Shown in pieces: positions 1-11,983 of a DNA stretch of 20,000 nucleotides; positions within the stretch are counted from its first letter, which is position 1, and each line of letters starts with the position of its first letter. The stretch is from NCBI RefSeq assembly GCF_000181795.1, contig NW_003526941.1, forward strand, positions 11,327,910-11,347,909, in the 5' to 3' direction. Below the pieces are notes generated by a model. It was not told the DNA's origin and searched no databases. It saw only the letters and a program-made list of their open reading frames with translations. The translations under genes and the position numbers were made by a program. The stretch comes from Trichinella spiralis. Lineage: Eukaryota.

Positions 1-1437
1 ATTCATTTGACAATTTGTGTTTTCTCAGCATTCGGTCAGAGGCGTATTTGTGATGGCGCCTTGGCGTTTTTTTGTGTTGTCTTCTATCAGCGAGATATAT
101 TTGTATTTTGATGGACTTTTTGCATTTCTACGCATAATACAAACCAAACAGACACGCACACACAGACACGTACAGCAGTGAAAAAGTATGAATGGATTAA
201 TTTTTTTTGATAACATAGAAGTTTTGTATTATAATAACAGAAGCACATTTATCACGTTAATAATATGTGTCGCATGTTGAATTTTTACAGTGAAGTGGGC
301 ACAGCAAGTAAATCAGTATGAGCTCGAATGTTGACAATGAAATAAACAATCATTTTGGTTTTCTGTTGTGTGATTCTTCAACGTAGATGCTCAACGTAGC
401 TTGTATTTTTCACATTTCAAAAAAAGCATTGAAATGATATGCTATACAAAATATAAACCTCTGGCTGGTGTGAATTTCTTCTGGTTGCCTACTTTTGGTC
501 TCTTATTTCAGTTCGTTGTTAATTATATTTTATTCTTTTGTAGCAACAGCAGCAGCTGTGAATAATTGGAAATTTAATTATGCATATCCGTATGGTGAAC
601 ATTGAATCTGCTTTTGAAATTGGATTGTTTTCATACTTTATTACTTCAATTTCAGATTGATGTATTTTTTTCTTTTTGATTTTAATGGGCGCTTTGCTTG
701 AAGCTGTGAAAAGCTTTCATCTCTGAGTTGATGCAAGTCACTACTACTATTCACACTTGTTAATGGTATTATTGCTTATTGTAATTGCAATCTTTTCAAC
801 CTCTCAGCGATCATTTGTTATTCTTTTATTCTAATGAAAAATGAATCCTTTTTTTCATTAAAACGATTGAGTTAGAAAAATAATTAGGCTGTAATGAAGC
901 GCGTGGTAAATTGTTATATCCTGAAAACTTATATGCTGTTTTCTTCCGTTTCTTTTTTGTACACTTGTAGCTGCTTATTATTAATTTGCTTTAATTGTAC
1001 ATGAAAATCGATGCCGATGTTTCTAGAAGTATACTTTTTAGAATTTTTTTTCTTTTTGTCAGTAATACGATTGAAAGGAAAAGTTTTTGCATTTATTATG
1101 AGCTTTGTAAAGAAAAAGCACCATAATGATTGCATTAGTTTTTAATAACATTTTAAGCTAAATTTAAGTCATTTTTCCAGATTGTAATTCAGTTTGAAAT
1201 TTTTTCACAGCTTTGTACTTGTTCTGTTATTTATTGCTTCATATGAAAAGATTGGCTAGGCATCAAAAAATATCCATTCTTATATATATATATACTTTGA
1301 ACTGTGCATAATCAATTTGAATATTCTTGCTGATTTACGCAAATTATTTTTAAATTATTTGAATAATTTTTTAACGATTCAATAAGTAAGACGATAAATT
1401 TATATTCATTCAGAAATTGGTCTTATTTTTTTCTCTT

Positions 1438-3998
1438 TTAAAAGCGTTTCACGGATGTTTTCATAATAACCTAAAATAAAATTATTTCATTGAGAATAAA
1501 ATTGAAAAGCAAGTACATTTTTGTATTGTTTCATACTGTTGTTGTTGTGGTTGTTTTTTAATTCAAAATTGTAAAATGGTACTTACTGTTTTCACTTCAC
1601 AGTATTCTTTGACTCCTTCCCATCCACTAAAGTTAAGCAATGATAATTGTTCAGCAAAGAAAGGAAATTGACAAGCCTACTGTTCTCTTCCAATTCCTGA
1701 TTCCTTGTATCCGCCAAACGGCATCTGAGGGCATACTACGTGATGGCAGTTGACCCTGAATTTGAAAAATGAATGTTGGCAATGATGGTTTTGATGAAAG
1801 TTATGCATTTCTGTTACCAGGCTGTTCCAGCTTGTACCGCATTAATGAATTTGATTGCGTTGTCAAAATTTTTGGTAAAAATCGACGCAGCCAATCCGTA
1901 ATTTGTATTATTTGCTCTTTCGATAACCTTAAAAATCAGTTTGGATTTGTATTCGACGTTGAATAGATTGTAAAGCAGACTGTTTGGGTTGTTTGCAATA
2001 TATATTCACCTCATCCAGAGTTTTGAATTTCATTATTTGTTGCACCGGACCGAAAATTTCCTCCTTTGCAATGCGCATATTGTCAGTGACGTCGGCAAAT
2101 ACGGTAGGTTGAATGTAATATCCAGGACCGACAATCGCTTCTCCTCCACAGAGAAGTTTTGCACCTTCTCGTTTTCCACTCTCGATCAGCTGCAAGATGT
2201 GATGAAATGCTTTGGAATCTACCTGCAACAAAATGATGATGATGAACTTTGAGAAGATGATGCAAATTAAATTGACATTAAGAATGAATTTTTGTAAAAA
2301 GGAAAATCCAATTTTACCTGTGGTCCGTGTTCCACTTCGGGATCGAATGGGTCTCCAATAATTTTCCGCTTAGCAAATTCGACCGCTTTTTCGACAAATT
2401 CATTATAAATTTCTTCTTGCACGTAGCATCTTGAAGCAGCGGTGCAACACTGGCCCATGTTGTGGAACAATCCAAAATGGCACATTTTGGCAGCAAAATC
2501 CACTAAAAACATGTTTCCCACTTTATTATATATATATATGTACTTGCAAAATTAAGCTTATTGTTAGTGTGTGTGTGTGTGTGTGTCTGTGTGTGTTTGT
2601 ATGCATGCATGTAGTATGTATGGTGAATTTGAAAATTCAGTTGTGCAAAATTTTGATGTGACACGTAAAATGGCTTACCATCCGCATCAGCGAAAACAAT
2701 GCATGGACTCTTTCCGCCCAGAAGGAGGGTGGTTCTTTTTAAATTTGATGTGGCCGCAGCTTCCATGATCAATTTGCCAATTTTGGTGCTTCCTGTGAAA
2801 CTTATTTTGTCGACATTCATGTGATGTGCAAGCGCAGCTCCGGCTTTAGGACCAAATCCAGGTACAACATTGATCACACCAGGTGGCAGTCCAGCCTGTT
2901 CGAAAGTAAAATGTTAATTTCTTACTATTCACAGTTACTGGCTTTTTGATTCAGTGATTTTGCTGTTTCTTCAATATATTTTATGCAGTTTTATGTTCAA
3001 TAAATCTTGTTTAAATTCGATTATTCCAGATGAAAAGTTGCAGTTAAATAGCGATTACCTCTGCCACCAATGAGGCGAAATGCAATGCTGAAAGTGGCGT
3101 TTGTTCTGCAGGTTTTATCACCAGTGTGCAGCCGGCACATAAAGCAGGTCCAACTTTCCAGCATAGCAGAGTTAATGGAAAGTTCCACTAATAGAAATTT
3201 TAAACAGTTGGTTGGACTAAGACTTGGATCGACCAATATAAGTAAGACATACTGGCAAAATAATGGCGCAAACTCCGACTGGTTCTAGACGAGTGAATGC
3301 GAAATAGTCGTCATCAATAGGGACCGTTTGTCCGCACAGTTTATCCGCATAGCCACCGAAGTAGCGTAAAAATTTCGCTCCAGAAAAGATATCATTGACG
3401 GCATCTTTGAATGGCTTACCCACATCCAGTGTGTCGAGTGTCTGAAGTAATTTTTGTTATTTCAATTTTTTGGACACTGTCCGCAAACTGACCGCCAAAA
3501 TGGCCACGTCTCGTTCGATCAGGTCAGCCAATGTGAATAAATATTTTCCACGTTCTGATGCGTTCATCCGACGCCAAATGCCATCCTTGTGAAAAGCACG
3601 GCGTGCAGCTTCAACAGCTTTGTCTATATCTGGCTTCTCTGCTGCCTTTGTGAAAAAACGGTCAAAAGCATTAATTTTCAAACTTAGTCATCATACTGTA
3701 GTCGTTAATTTTTACTTGAATGTCAGCAACTTTTTTTCCATTCGATGGATTGATATCAGCGAAAGTATTGCCTTTTGTAGAATTGCTGAATTGGTTATTT
3801 ATGAAAATCTCAAAAACAAGCACCGACATTAGAGACAGTTTTTCACAGTTCTATTTTAACTTAAGTAAGAAAAATTTACATCTAGAACATTAATATTATT
3901 TTTTTACTTTTAGTTAATTGTTACAGTCACAAATTCAATAGTCTTCTTACTTTTGTATATTTAATTTCTATGTTTTTCAGTGGTTTCACTTCGTTCAT
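1438..3998 (-). CDS. aldh: Cytosolic aldehyde dehydrogenase, ALDH1A/ALDH2 family, 12 coding exons, 494 aa; general-base Glu replaced by Leu
   Basis: Manually spliced exons (minus strand): 3998-3951, 3808-3716, 3645-3493, 3441-3253, 3187-3059, 2895-2679, 2502-2318, 2222-2010, 1927-1818, 1755-1681, 1626-1587, 1470-1438. All introns are GT-AG and phases are consistent; 1485 nt including TAA. The protein starts [23 protein letters not shown] and contains [30 protein letters not shown] (canonical LELGGKSP), [13 protein letters not shown] (catalytic Cys), [17 protein letters not shown] and [13 protein letters not shown], ending [17 protein letters not shown]. No N-terminal mitochondrial presequence is evident. 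The symbol is family level only. Confidence 0.96.
2567..2596. repeat. (GT)n microsatellite in ALDH intron 6
   Basis: gtgtgtgtgtgtgtgtgtgtctgtgtgtgt, with a short (TA)n at ~2526-2539 in the same intron. Confidence 0.9.
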
Positions 3999-4132
3999 CT
4001 AAAAAAATATAATTAACAAATGTATAATACTTATTTTGCTTTTAGTTGTTTTTCGTTTCTCGTCAACATGAAATTGTGTAAATATGTTCGATTGATGTAT
4101 GAACGGAGAAATTGCTTTACCACTTCACAAAC

Positions 4133-4154
4133 ATATATATATATATATATATAT
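4133..4154. repeat. (TA)n microsatellite upstream of ALDH
   Basis: Run of ~11 AT dinucleotides. A shorter run lies at ~1280-1294. Confidence 0.9.
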
Positions 4155-4944
4155 TCGTTGTGAAGTAATGAAATTACCAAAAATTAAATAGTATTTATAG
4201 TAAAATTGTAACATTTCAGTTTAGATAAGAATGATATAATTGTTTATAAAAATTCTAATTATAAAATGATGTCATTAAAAAAAACAAATGCAAAATAGTA
4301 AAATAATGCGACATTTCTAATAAGCATTTGTTACTTGGTTTGAAAAATGCCAACTTAGCTGTTTGTACGATAACCAAGGCATATTTATTGTTTGGTTTAT
4401 TATTTTCCTTTTTTTATGACATTAAGTGACATTAGAAAATCAGAGTTATCCATTTTTGTTTAAATGTATGTTGAATATCAAGTAAGTAATACACATTGTA
4501 TAACATTTTAAAGGTGTTGGTAATTACACTGCAATTTTTAGATTGTGCTGTTGTTCAACAGTTGAACTCAACTCAGCTCTCACACGTTCAGCTTAAACTT
4601 AAAATGGACACTCATTTGCAACCACTAAATAGATAGACAGATCTTTATTCAACGAGAACTAAACAAAACACTACGACCACGTTGGAAACTACCGTAAACC
4701 AAACTCAAGCAAAAATTTGTAATCGCTTCCAGTACTTTTTATTTTTGAAAAATTTGATTTTGAATTTTTTTTCATCTCTGCAATATTTCAAACAAAATTT
4801 GCTCGCGTTTCAGTGAAAACTATGACTATATCATCAGTGAATATAATTATTACAGGATGAATATTTTTAATCAAGCATGACCTCATGTTTTGGAAAATTG
4901 TTTTGATCCATATCAACTCAACGCAGTTATTATACCGAAAAGAC

Positions 4945-5150
4945 TATTGTTTATCCAAAAATTTCCATTGCCAGTAAATACATTAATGCATATGGTGATA
5001 TTCAAAACAGTTATGCTGATCAACGAAGATAAATCGAAATATTATTAAGAACAATACTTTGCAAAACGTTGTAAGAACTTCAAACACATGTTTATTGGAT
5101 CGAACGAAATAAGCTACTTAATAAAATTTACACGCTACTACGAAATGAAA
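4945..5150 (+). pseudogene. Possible decayed hAT (Buster/Charlie, ZBED5-like) transposase fragment
   Basis: Allowing two frameshifts and one stop, it reads YC(F)IQKFPLPVNTLMHMVIFKTVMLINEDKSKYY*EQYFAKRC/ELQTHVYWIERNKLLNKIYTLLRNE. This resembles the Buster segment HCxIH...AVKIVNxIKS...RLFxxLC...LHTEVRWLSRGKVLxRxxELRNE as recalled from memory. No search was run. Confidence 0.35.
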
Positions 5151-7093
5151 ATGAGATGGTAATTCAAACTCAGGTAATGTATTTTGTTCTTTGCATAATT
5201 TGCATACTACTCCTTCACTGATTTTAAGTTTCATGATCCAGTATCAGTCATTCTGTGAGTGTATCATTATCACAGAACCTGCTCAACTTCCAATTCTGTT
5301 TGTCAATTGCCATCTATGACAGAAAGTTATGCTACGTATCTATAATTTCATAACTTTTAACAGACCCACTGTCCTCTCTATATACATTAAATTCATTTCA
5401 AATGACCATCATTAGTTTAATATGTCACTCAGTTTGAAATGTTTTATCAAATCATTACTTTTTCTCTCATTTTACAACAAGATAGTATTTAATATAAAAT
5501 GAGTATGCATTCCATTTCTTACATTGTTTTAAGTATTTAAATTATACTTCGTAATAGAGATGACATGAGAGTCTCCGTAATGGGAATTGTTTATATGTTT
5601 GGCAAAGCTAAAATTAAATTTTCTCCTCAACCAAAATGCATTAGTTAAGTAAATAAAGCGCAATGAAAAATATACAGTAGCCATATTTATCAGCAGAAAC
5701 GAATGAAATAAAAATTTGCATGTTAAGTCGTTTGCTTTATTGACATATTGGCATAATTTTAGTTTGGGGCCGTCCGTGTATGAGAGCAGTGCGTTTTGAT
5801 TGGAAAATTAACTGAAGACCAATATCAAATGCCAAACACTAAATTTGCTTTTTATTCATTGTTATTCTTTGGAATAATTTCTGAAAAATAATTTTTCAAT
5901 CTACATCCAAAGACAATGAACATTAACGATGAGAAGATGACGCATTTAGCAGTAAGTGGCAGTTTTATCATTTTTAAGTTTTAATCATTTAACACAATGC
6001 AATTGAGAATCGATATTTAGCGTACTTTCTCAACATATTGTATGAAGAATTCTCAAAATCAGATAATAGGTGACATAATAAACGCCAAATTTCCGTACAA
6101 TTAAGATTCATTAAATGCACCTTGTGCGCATTGTTTATCTATCTTTAAAATATAGTCTTTCGAAAATCACCTTGCAGTAGCTAACATGCACTTTCAATTG
6201 AGCATAATCAAGCTTTTGCTCGGAAATGGTTCACTTAAAATTAGCTTCATTTGAACCATTTGCTTTAATGGCTTAAGAAAATTTTCATTTTGTTTTGTTA
6301 TGGCGTTTTTTGTCAGATACTTTATATTTTGACTGAATTTTAAATGTAAGGGTCATTTTTAAATTTTCAAATAGTCCTTTCCTTATTGATAGAATTTAGC
6401 AGTGCATTTCTTCTGCTCATATTATGGCTTAGGTTAGACTTTATATTTAGCCAAAAGTTCTAACACAATGAAAATCGGTTTCTAACGCTGCATTATGCAA
6501 ATAAGGATCGCAATAACGCTGCCTTATCATCAGTAAGGGTGCGTTTGTTTGTTTAATTTACGTAGCAATTGGTAGCTTCGTTGAACGTTCTCTGAGTTCA
6601 TTACGGGCGTTAAGTAGCTGCTGAAGTCGGTTTCAGAATTATTGACAAGTATTCCATTTTTTTGCTTTTTATTTTTTTAAAACTTTGTATACTCATTTTC
6701 TGAACAATTATTTTTTAATTAGAAAGTAGTTAATTATTATATTTGTTATAACTCTGTTTTGTGCTGAAGTGAGAACACTTTTGATTTAATATCATTATTG
6801 CAGGTTTAATGAATGGAGCAAAGAAAATGCGAAATCACCGACGACACGACGCAGATCACGGACGGAACGAAGCAGAACAAGAGAAGACAAAGTTCCTGGG
6901 ACCCCAATTCTGTAGGTCTGGGATTGGGATACTTCGAAAGGGTGAAGTTATCCCAAAGTTGTCATTAAGTTAACGATCAACCTACATGGCTGAGTTTTGA
7001 ATTAATGCAGTACTTGGTCTTTCACGCAACAAAATTTATGTATGCAACTGCTTTCATGTGTCGAAATAATTTTTGATTTTTGCTTATTTTGTA

Positions 7094-9687
7094 AGCCCCA
7101 TTTACGTAAGACACTATTTTATACTTTTTATCTTCACTTATTATTATAATCTTTGGTGTTGGCTCATTACATTGTTATTATACGTTTTCAAGGCATACAT
7201 GCATTTCTAGGTCAGCAGAATAACTTTATGCAAATATGATGGTAAGCACTGCCGTTGGCATACTATTACGTGCACTTTGTGCTATTCAAATTCCGTAGCA
7301 ATGTTCCTTATATAAATTTCTGTTTATTGAGAGAACTGCATTATAGTATAAATGTTCGCTGCTGAAGGGCGGTCTAATTACTTACTGCATTGCGTTATTT
7401 GGTCATTTCGATGCTTCACTGCAACAATTACGTTGTGATTGTTAGACTAAAAATATGAAGAAACCACGAACATCAGTTACAAAATGTATGACTCTACGTT
7501 TGCTTTATACGTCATTTCTGACAGGTCTGCTGACAGGTATGAATTTTCATGTATTTGCTATTTTTTATACAATATTTCCTTTCATTCTCTTGGCACACTG
7601 CACTAAACATACGCGCTTTTTAAGCTTTTCGTAGTAGATTTTAGTTTTTTTTGAATGGAAACTAGCGCGATGTTCTTCAGTAATGATGTTCAATTAATAT
7701 TCGAGACTTTATTACGGCCAAGACAATATATAATAGTACTAATGGTATATTTTGCTATAATTTTCAATAGTCCTTACAAATCCATTTGTAAAGTAGTACT
7801 CTGACATAGCAGTTGAAGCCCTCCCGCATTATCTGTACTGTCCACTGTAATGTTTATTGCTAAGGTAACATACTTGCCCAATTGTTTAAAGGAAATATCG
7901 TGTGCAGTCGCACAATCGCACCCCTAAATGCTTTTCACTGCTCAAATCGTGCACAAGATTGTTTCAGCATGACATAGGAAAGCTGCTAATAGCTAGAGAA
8001 CACACTTTTATACTACCACCTTTGATACTTTAAGAATGGCAGTAACGTACCCTTTATTTTTGAAATGACTCCTTAAAGTTTCTATTATGTCATTGTACCA
8101 CCAATACCACTGACTTATACAGATGCACCTATTTTAATGTCATTGAGAAAATAACTCAATGCCAATCAGTGTTGTCAGTATTGATAAATGAAGCAACCCC
8201 TGAATATTATACGTGAAGATTGAGTGGAAGAACGCATATGACGACTTCCACCTCCTCCATCCTTCAACTTCTCCCTCATTCCTTCCTGCTATGCTGTCCC
8301 GCCCTCCTTTCCTTTCTAATGATCCCCATCATTGAGCTCGTAATAATACTAAGCTGAACAGAGATCGCATTAAACAGAAAATTCTGTCCAACCCCTATTT
8401 CGAGCTGAATGAACCGCACTTAGCTGTTTTCATCTCATATAAATCTAATTCCTCATAATTGTTAGCGACTAGCAATATACCCAAATCCAGGCTACTCGTT
8501 ATTCTTTTGTTTTATTCTTTTCATGAAATGCAATACAGAATTGTCACCCGCATAAGTTTCTTGAATTCATTGCAAATCTTTGAGTAACTTAATTTCTGCA
8601 GGTAGGTTTATCTCATTGTATGAAGCGCGCTGATGCAGTGCTCAACCAAGTTTGCAGTCTTACTATAAATCATCATAAGGTGTAAACAAAAGTTTAGTTA
8701 AATCAAAATTTTAATGATACATAAGCTGTCAAGTGGCATGCATACCCACTGGTGCAGCCGCTTACCATCATGATGTCTACGCTGCGCACTTGTTAAATTC
8801 TGTGCTGAGATAAATTGTATATTATAAAATTTCTGTCGCAGTTATTATCATAAAATTTCATGACAGCTGTTTAATTTTCCATAAATCTGAAAACGTATTT
8901 TATTTTTGAAACTATTTTCAGTGGAAGCTATTTTTTTATTATCCATATAATTTTGATTAGATGAAAAACATTGATAAAATATAAATTATTGAATCACCTT
9001 GTACTTTCAAGCAACTAAATTACACAACATGCATAAATACGCAGTGATAGCATTTCCGTTTATTTTTAGTAATCTGCGATGCTTCAGGTTAATAATATTT
9101 CCTTTTAGGTAATTTTAGGGAAAACAATTTGCATAACAATGCCATATTACGTAGTAATATGAAGTGTGTAAATAGAAACGTAATAAATTTCATCACCTCG
9201 TTTCATAATGTTGCTGATATTGTTCATTTTACTGCGCTATTACTGATGGAAAATTGAGTTGCTCTTCGTGAAGCAAAGTAAATAGTCATTTGCATAATTT
9301 ATTTATTATACAATTGACCAAGCACATCGATATTATTAGGTTATGCAGTTCACTGCAATGCTATCAAACTAGCACGTGGTCAACTATAATTCCGCTCTTC
9401 AACACCATTCATGAATAACTGGTAAGTTGGATTTGATATTTTGGTGGTGGCATGCTATGCATGTTACTTTACTTATATGGTGAATGGAAACTGACGGGTT
9501 TCTTTTCTATTGTTGTTATTGCTAACTTTCAGGTACATCACATGCTGAAGAAGAAGAAATTGATATTTTTTGTTTTTTATTTTGAGATGTAATTTACTTT
9601 CAGAGTGGACATTTTTTTATATTCATATCAATGAATATGAATCTATCAGATTCAATAAACTAACTGTATATGGTAACTATGCATCAT
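7094..9687 (+). repeat. Left outer arm of long inverted repeat (pairs with 14790-17070)
   Basis: 7321-7440 matches the reverse complement of ~16658-16777 with 3 mismatches in 120 nt. Matching is colinear for 7141-8399 with 16954-15697 and for 8847-9687 with 15645-14790. The terminal block 7094-~7127 pairs with 17070-~17037. Confidence 0.96.
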
Positions 9688-9886
9688 TGTAATTTTTCAC
9701 TCCTGTTTGTTTGTAATTATGTTTATTTCCGTGTAGGTTAGCCCCACCATCAGCACCAATGTCTGTATTTTCTTTGTTCTTTGTTTTTTATTTTGTGATA
9801 TAAATTACTTTCAGAATTGACATTATTTTATGTGGTGAATGTGAAACAACCAGATTCTGAAGACTAACTAAATATGGTAACTATGC
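9560..9886 (+). repeat. Diverged direct duplication (~125 bp x2) at the inner end of the left arm
   Basis: ~9570-9685 and ~9780-9886 share tgttttttattttg...ttactttcaga...cagattc...actaact..atatggtaactatgc. Confidence 0.8.
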
Positions 9887-10454
9887 TAACTATGTGACTA
9901 TGTATGATAAATGTAACTTTTTAGATGTAGGTGTATATTTACTACAATGCATTATCTGGAAAGATTGAAGACAAAAAGTATTCTGTTTATATTTTAATTT
10001 TATTCTGTTTATATTCTGCTTTCAAAAATATTCTGTTTTCAGAAATTTCGTAATCTAATGTTTTATTTCTTTGTGTTATTTATTACTTTTTTTAGTTTAA
10101 CAATCGTTCTGTATCTACCATTTTCACTTATGTGCCTCTACGGTTCTCACTTTTGGTTTACTTCATCTTCCGAGTAAGAATGAATTTGATGCAGTATATT
10201 ATAGCAATGGGTTATGTAAATGCAGTGGAACTTTCAGTGATGTTTGTTATACTTCTTGTTTGTGCACTGTGGGAGGAAACCCAAACTACCATTAGGGAAG
10301 GATATGTATGCATGAAAAAAATCATTAATTGAGTTTGTCTATTATTCTACAATCTGTTACTATTATTAATGATTTTCAGTTCTACTTATATGTGATACTG
10401 TATACTGCTTGTTATCGAATTTAACAGAGGGCGTTATCATAATCGAAGCATTTT

Positions 10455-10880
10455 CTAATTCCTGTCGCTCTGGCCAACATGGTATATCAAGTTTACATCA
10501 ATGCGCTCTAAATGTGGCATCAGAGAAATAAGTAAGTACAGCTTTTGGCCATTATAGGAATGGATTACATCATCAACATTTTTACTATTCATACTGATGG
10601 CGCTCTGCGTCATTAGAAATTAGAAACGGCGTAATTGTGTTACCCAGTAATGATACAGGAATCAGTGTGGTTTCCCATATTGTAAGAGTAAAAAGATTTG
10701 TATTAGTAGCAGATATTGTCAATACAGTCGAATTGCTCTGATGCCCGTGTATATTCTACAAATTTGGTAGTGTGAATTGCCATCATTGCCATGATATGAC
10801 CAAAGTGATATGACAAGTTAGTAAGTAGAGGTTTCGTTTACTTTAAGTGACAGCGGTCACTGTGGTGAGTCTTATCACAG
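10455..10880 (+). repeat. Left inner arm: diverged inverted homologue of the 620-bp unit at 13335-14497
   Basis: ttcctgtcgctctggccaacatggtatatcaagtttacatcaatgcgctctaaatgtggcatca...gtaagt (10459-10537) aligns with the reverse complement of ~14304-14382 (ttccttttgctctgggcaacgtgataagtcatgttcacatcatttcgttctaaatttggcatca...gtaagt). Further colinear blocks: ctgatggc.ctctg, tgtggtttc, tagcaga, acagtcga, tgcccgt, gtgatatgacaa..ttagtaagtag. About 65-70% identity by eye. Confidence 0.8.
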
Positions 10881-11469
10881 ACTAAGAATGTTTAATTGAG
10901 TGTTTTGGCGCGCAACTGCATCCTGAATGACAACCAAATGCAACAAGTAATTTTTTTGCAAATTTGTGTACTTAGTAATTAAGGAACAACGATGCGCTGT
11001 TATTTGTCTTCAATTAATTTTTTATAATATGGCTGTTTTATATCAATTTTATTTAACATGCTTTACTTTTCAGCACACTTGTTTTGCAAATATTTTCAGA
11101 ATCAAATTACGTTTAGATATAGATATAGATGAATGGAGATTCGTAATCACGTTGATAAATACGTCATCACAAAGCACTACCACCAGTTGATGCCGCTTAG
11201 TTTGGCGACGTATGTACATTTTACTTTTATAAACTATGAAAGTTGTAAAGTGTAAATTTTGTCGTTTTAGTTTTTCAGGTTTTTATAATTTTGCTTTTCA
11301 TAATTTTTTCATAATTGCTTTTTATAATTTTTTATAATTATTGTTTGGTACTAGTGTTTTCAAGATTTTTCATTTAAGTTAATTTATTTTAGTTCTGGAG
11401 TCAGTTAAAGGCAACATGGCGAAGTAAATAGCATAAAGTGTAAATCTAAGTCTAAAAAGACAAGGAAGC

Positions 11470-11885
11470 TATGGGTAAGTATGAAGATAAATAGGTAAGT
11501 AGTGTAATAGTTATGGGTAAGTCAGGTAAGAATAGGTGTGAAGGTAAGTATAAATGTGAAGGTAAATATTGTATAGGGTGAAGACAAGTATAATTGTGAA
11601 GGTAAGTACAAGTGTGGAGGTAAGTAGTGTATAGGATGAAGGTAAGTATAATTGTGAAGGTAAGTACAAGTGTGGAGGTAAGTAGTGTATAGGATGAAGG
11701 TAAGTATAATTGTGAAGGTAAGTACAAGTGTGGAGGTAAGTAGTGTATAGGATGAAGGTAAGTATAATTGTGAAGGTAAGTACAAAGTGTGGAGGTAAGT
11801 AGTGTATAGGATGAAGGCAAGTATAATTGTGAAGGTAAGTACAAGTGTGAAGGTGAGTACTGCATAGTATGCATAGTAAGTATAA
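11470..11885 (+). repeat. Minisatellite of 58-bp units (18+22+18 sub-repeats), each sub-repeat carrying AGGTAAGT
   Basis: Unit gtgaaggtaagtacaagt-gtggaggtaagtagtgtatagg-atgaaggtaagtataatt, ~5 copies at 11538-11860 (period 11602, 11660, 11718, 11776, 11835), with degenerate flanks. 17 GTAAGT counted (14 as AGGTAAGT) plus one AGGTGAGT. Confidence 0.95.
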
Positions 11886-11983
11886 GTGTAATGTGTATAT
11901 AAGGTAATGTAAAAAGTTAAGTAATGTTTAGGGTGAAGTATGATGAATGTACATGTGAATACTGAAATTACAAATTTTAAAAA

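Noticed and set aside
25..1135. Short minus-strand ORFs (25-216, 929-1135) as a downstream gene
   Set aside because: No homology was recognised and no consistent exon chain could be built. A possible intron at ~128-173 hints at a gene running off the window but is insufficient.
1769..3832. Plus-strand ORFs overlapping the ALDH gene
   Set aside because: They are antisense shadows of ALDH exons and intron microsatellites.
11538..11860. CRISPR array or telomeric repeat
   Set aside because: Spacers are themselves repeated, the context is eukaryotic, and there are no TTAGGC/TTAGG tandem units.
11452..11874. 140-aa and 87-aa ORFs on the minus strand
   Set aside because: They are translations of the 58-bp minisatellite. 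The unit is not a multiple of 3, and the repetitive peptides cycle through frames.
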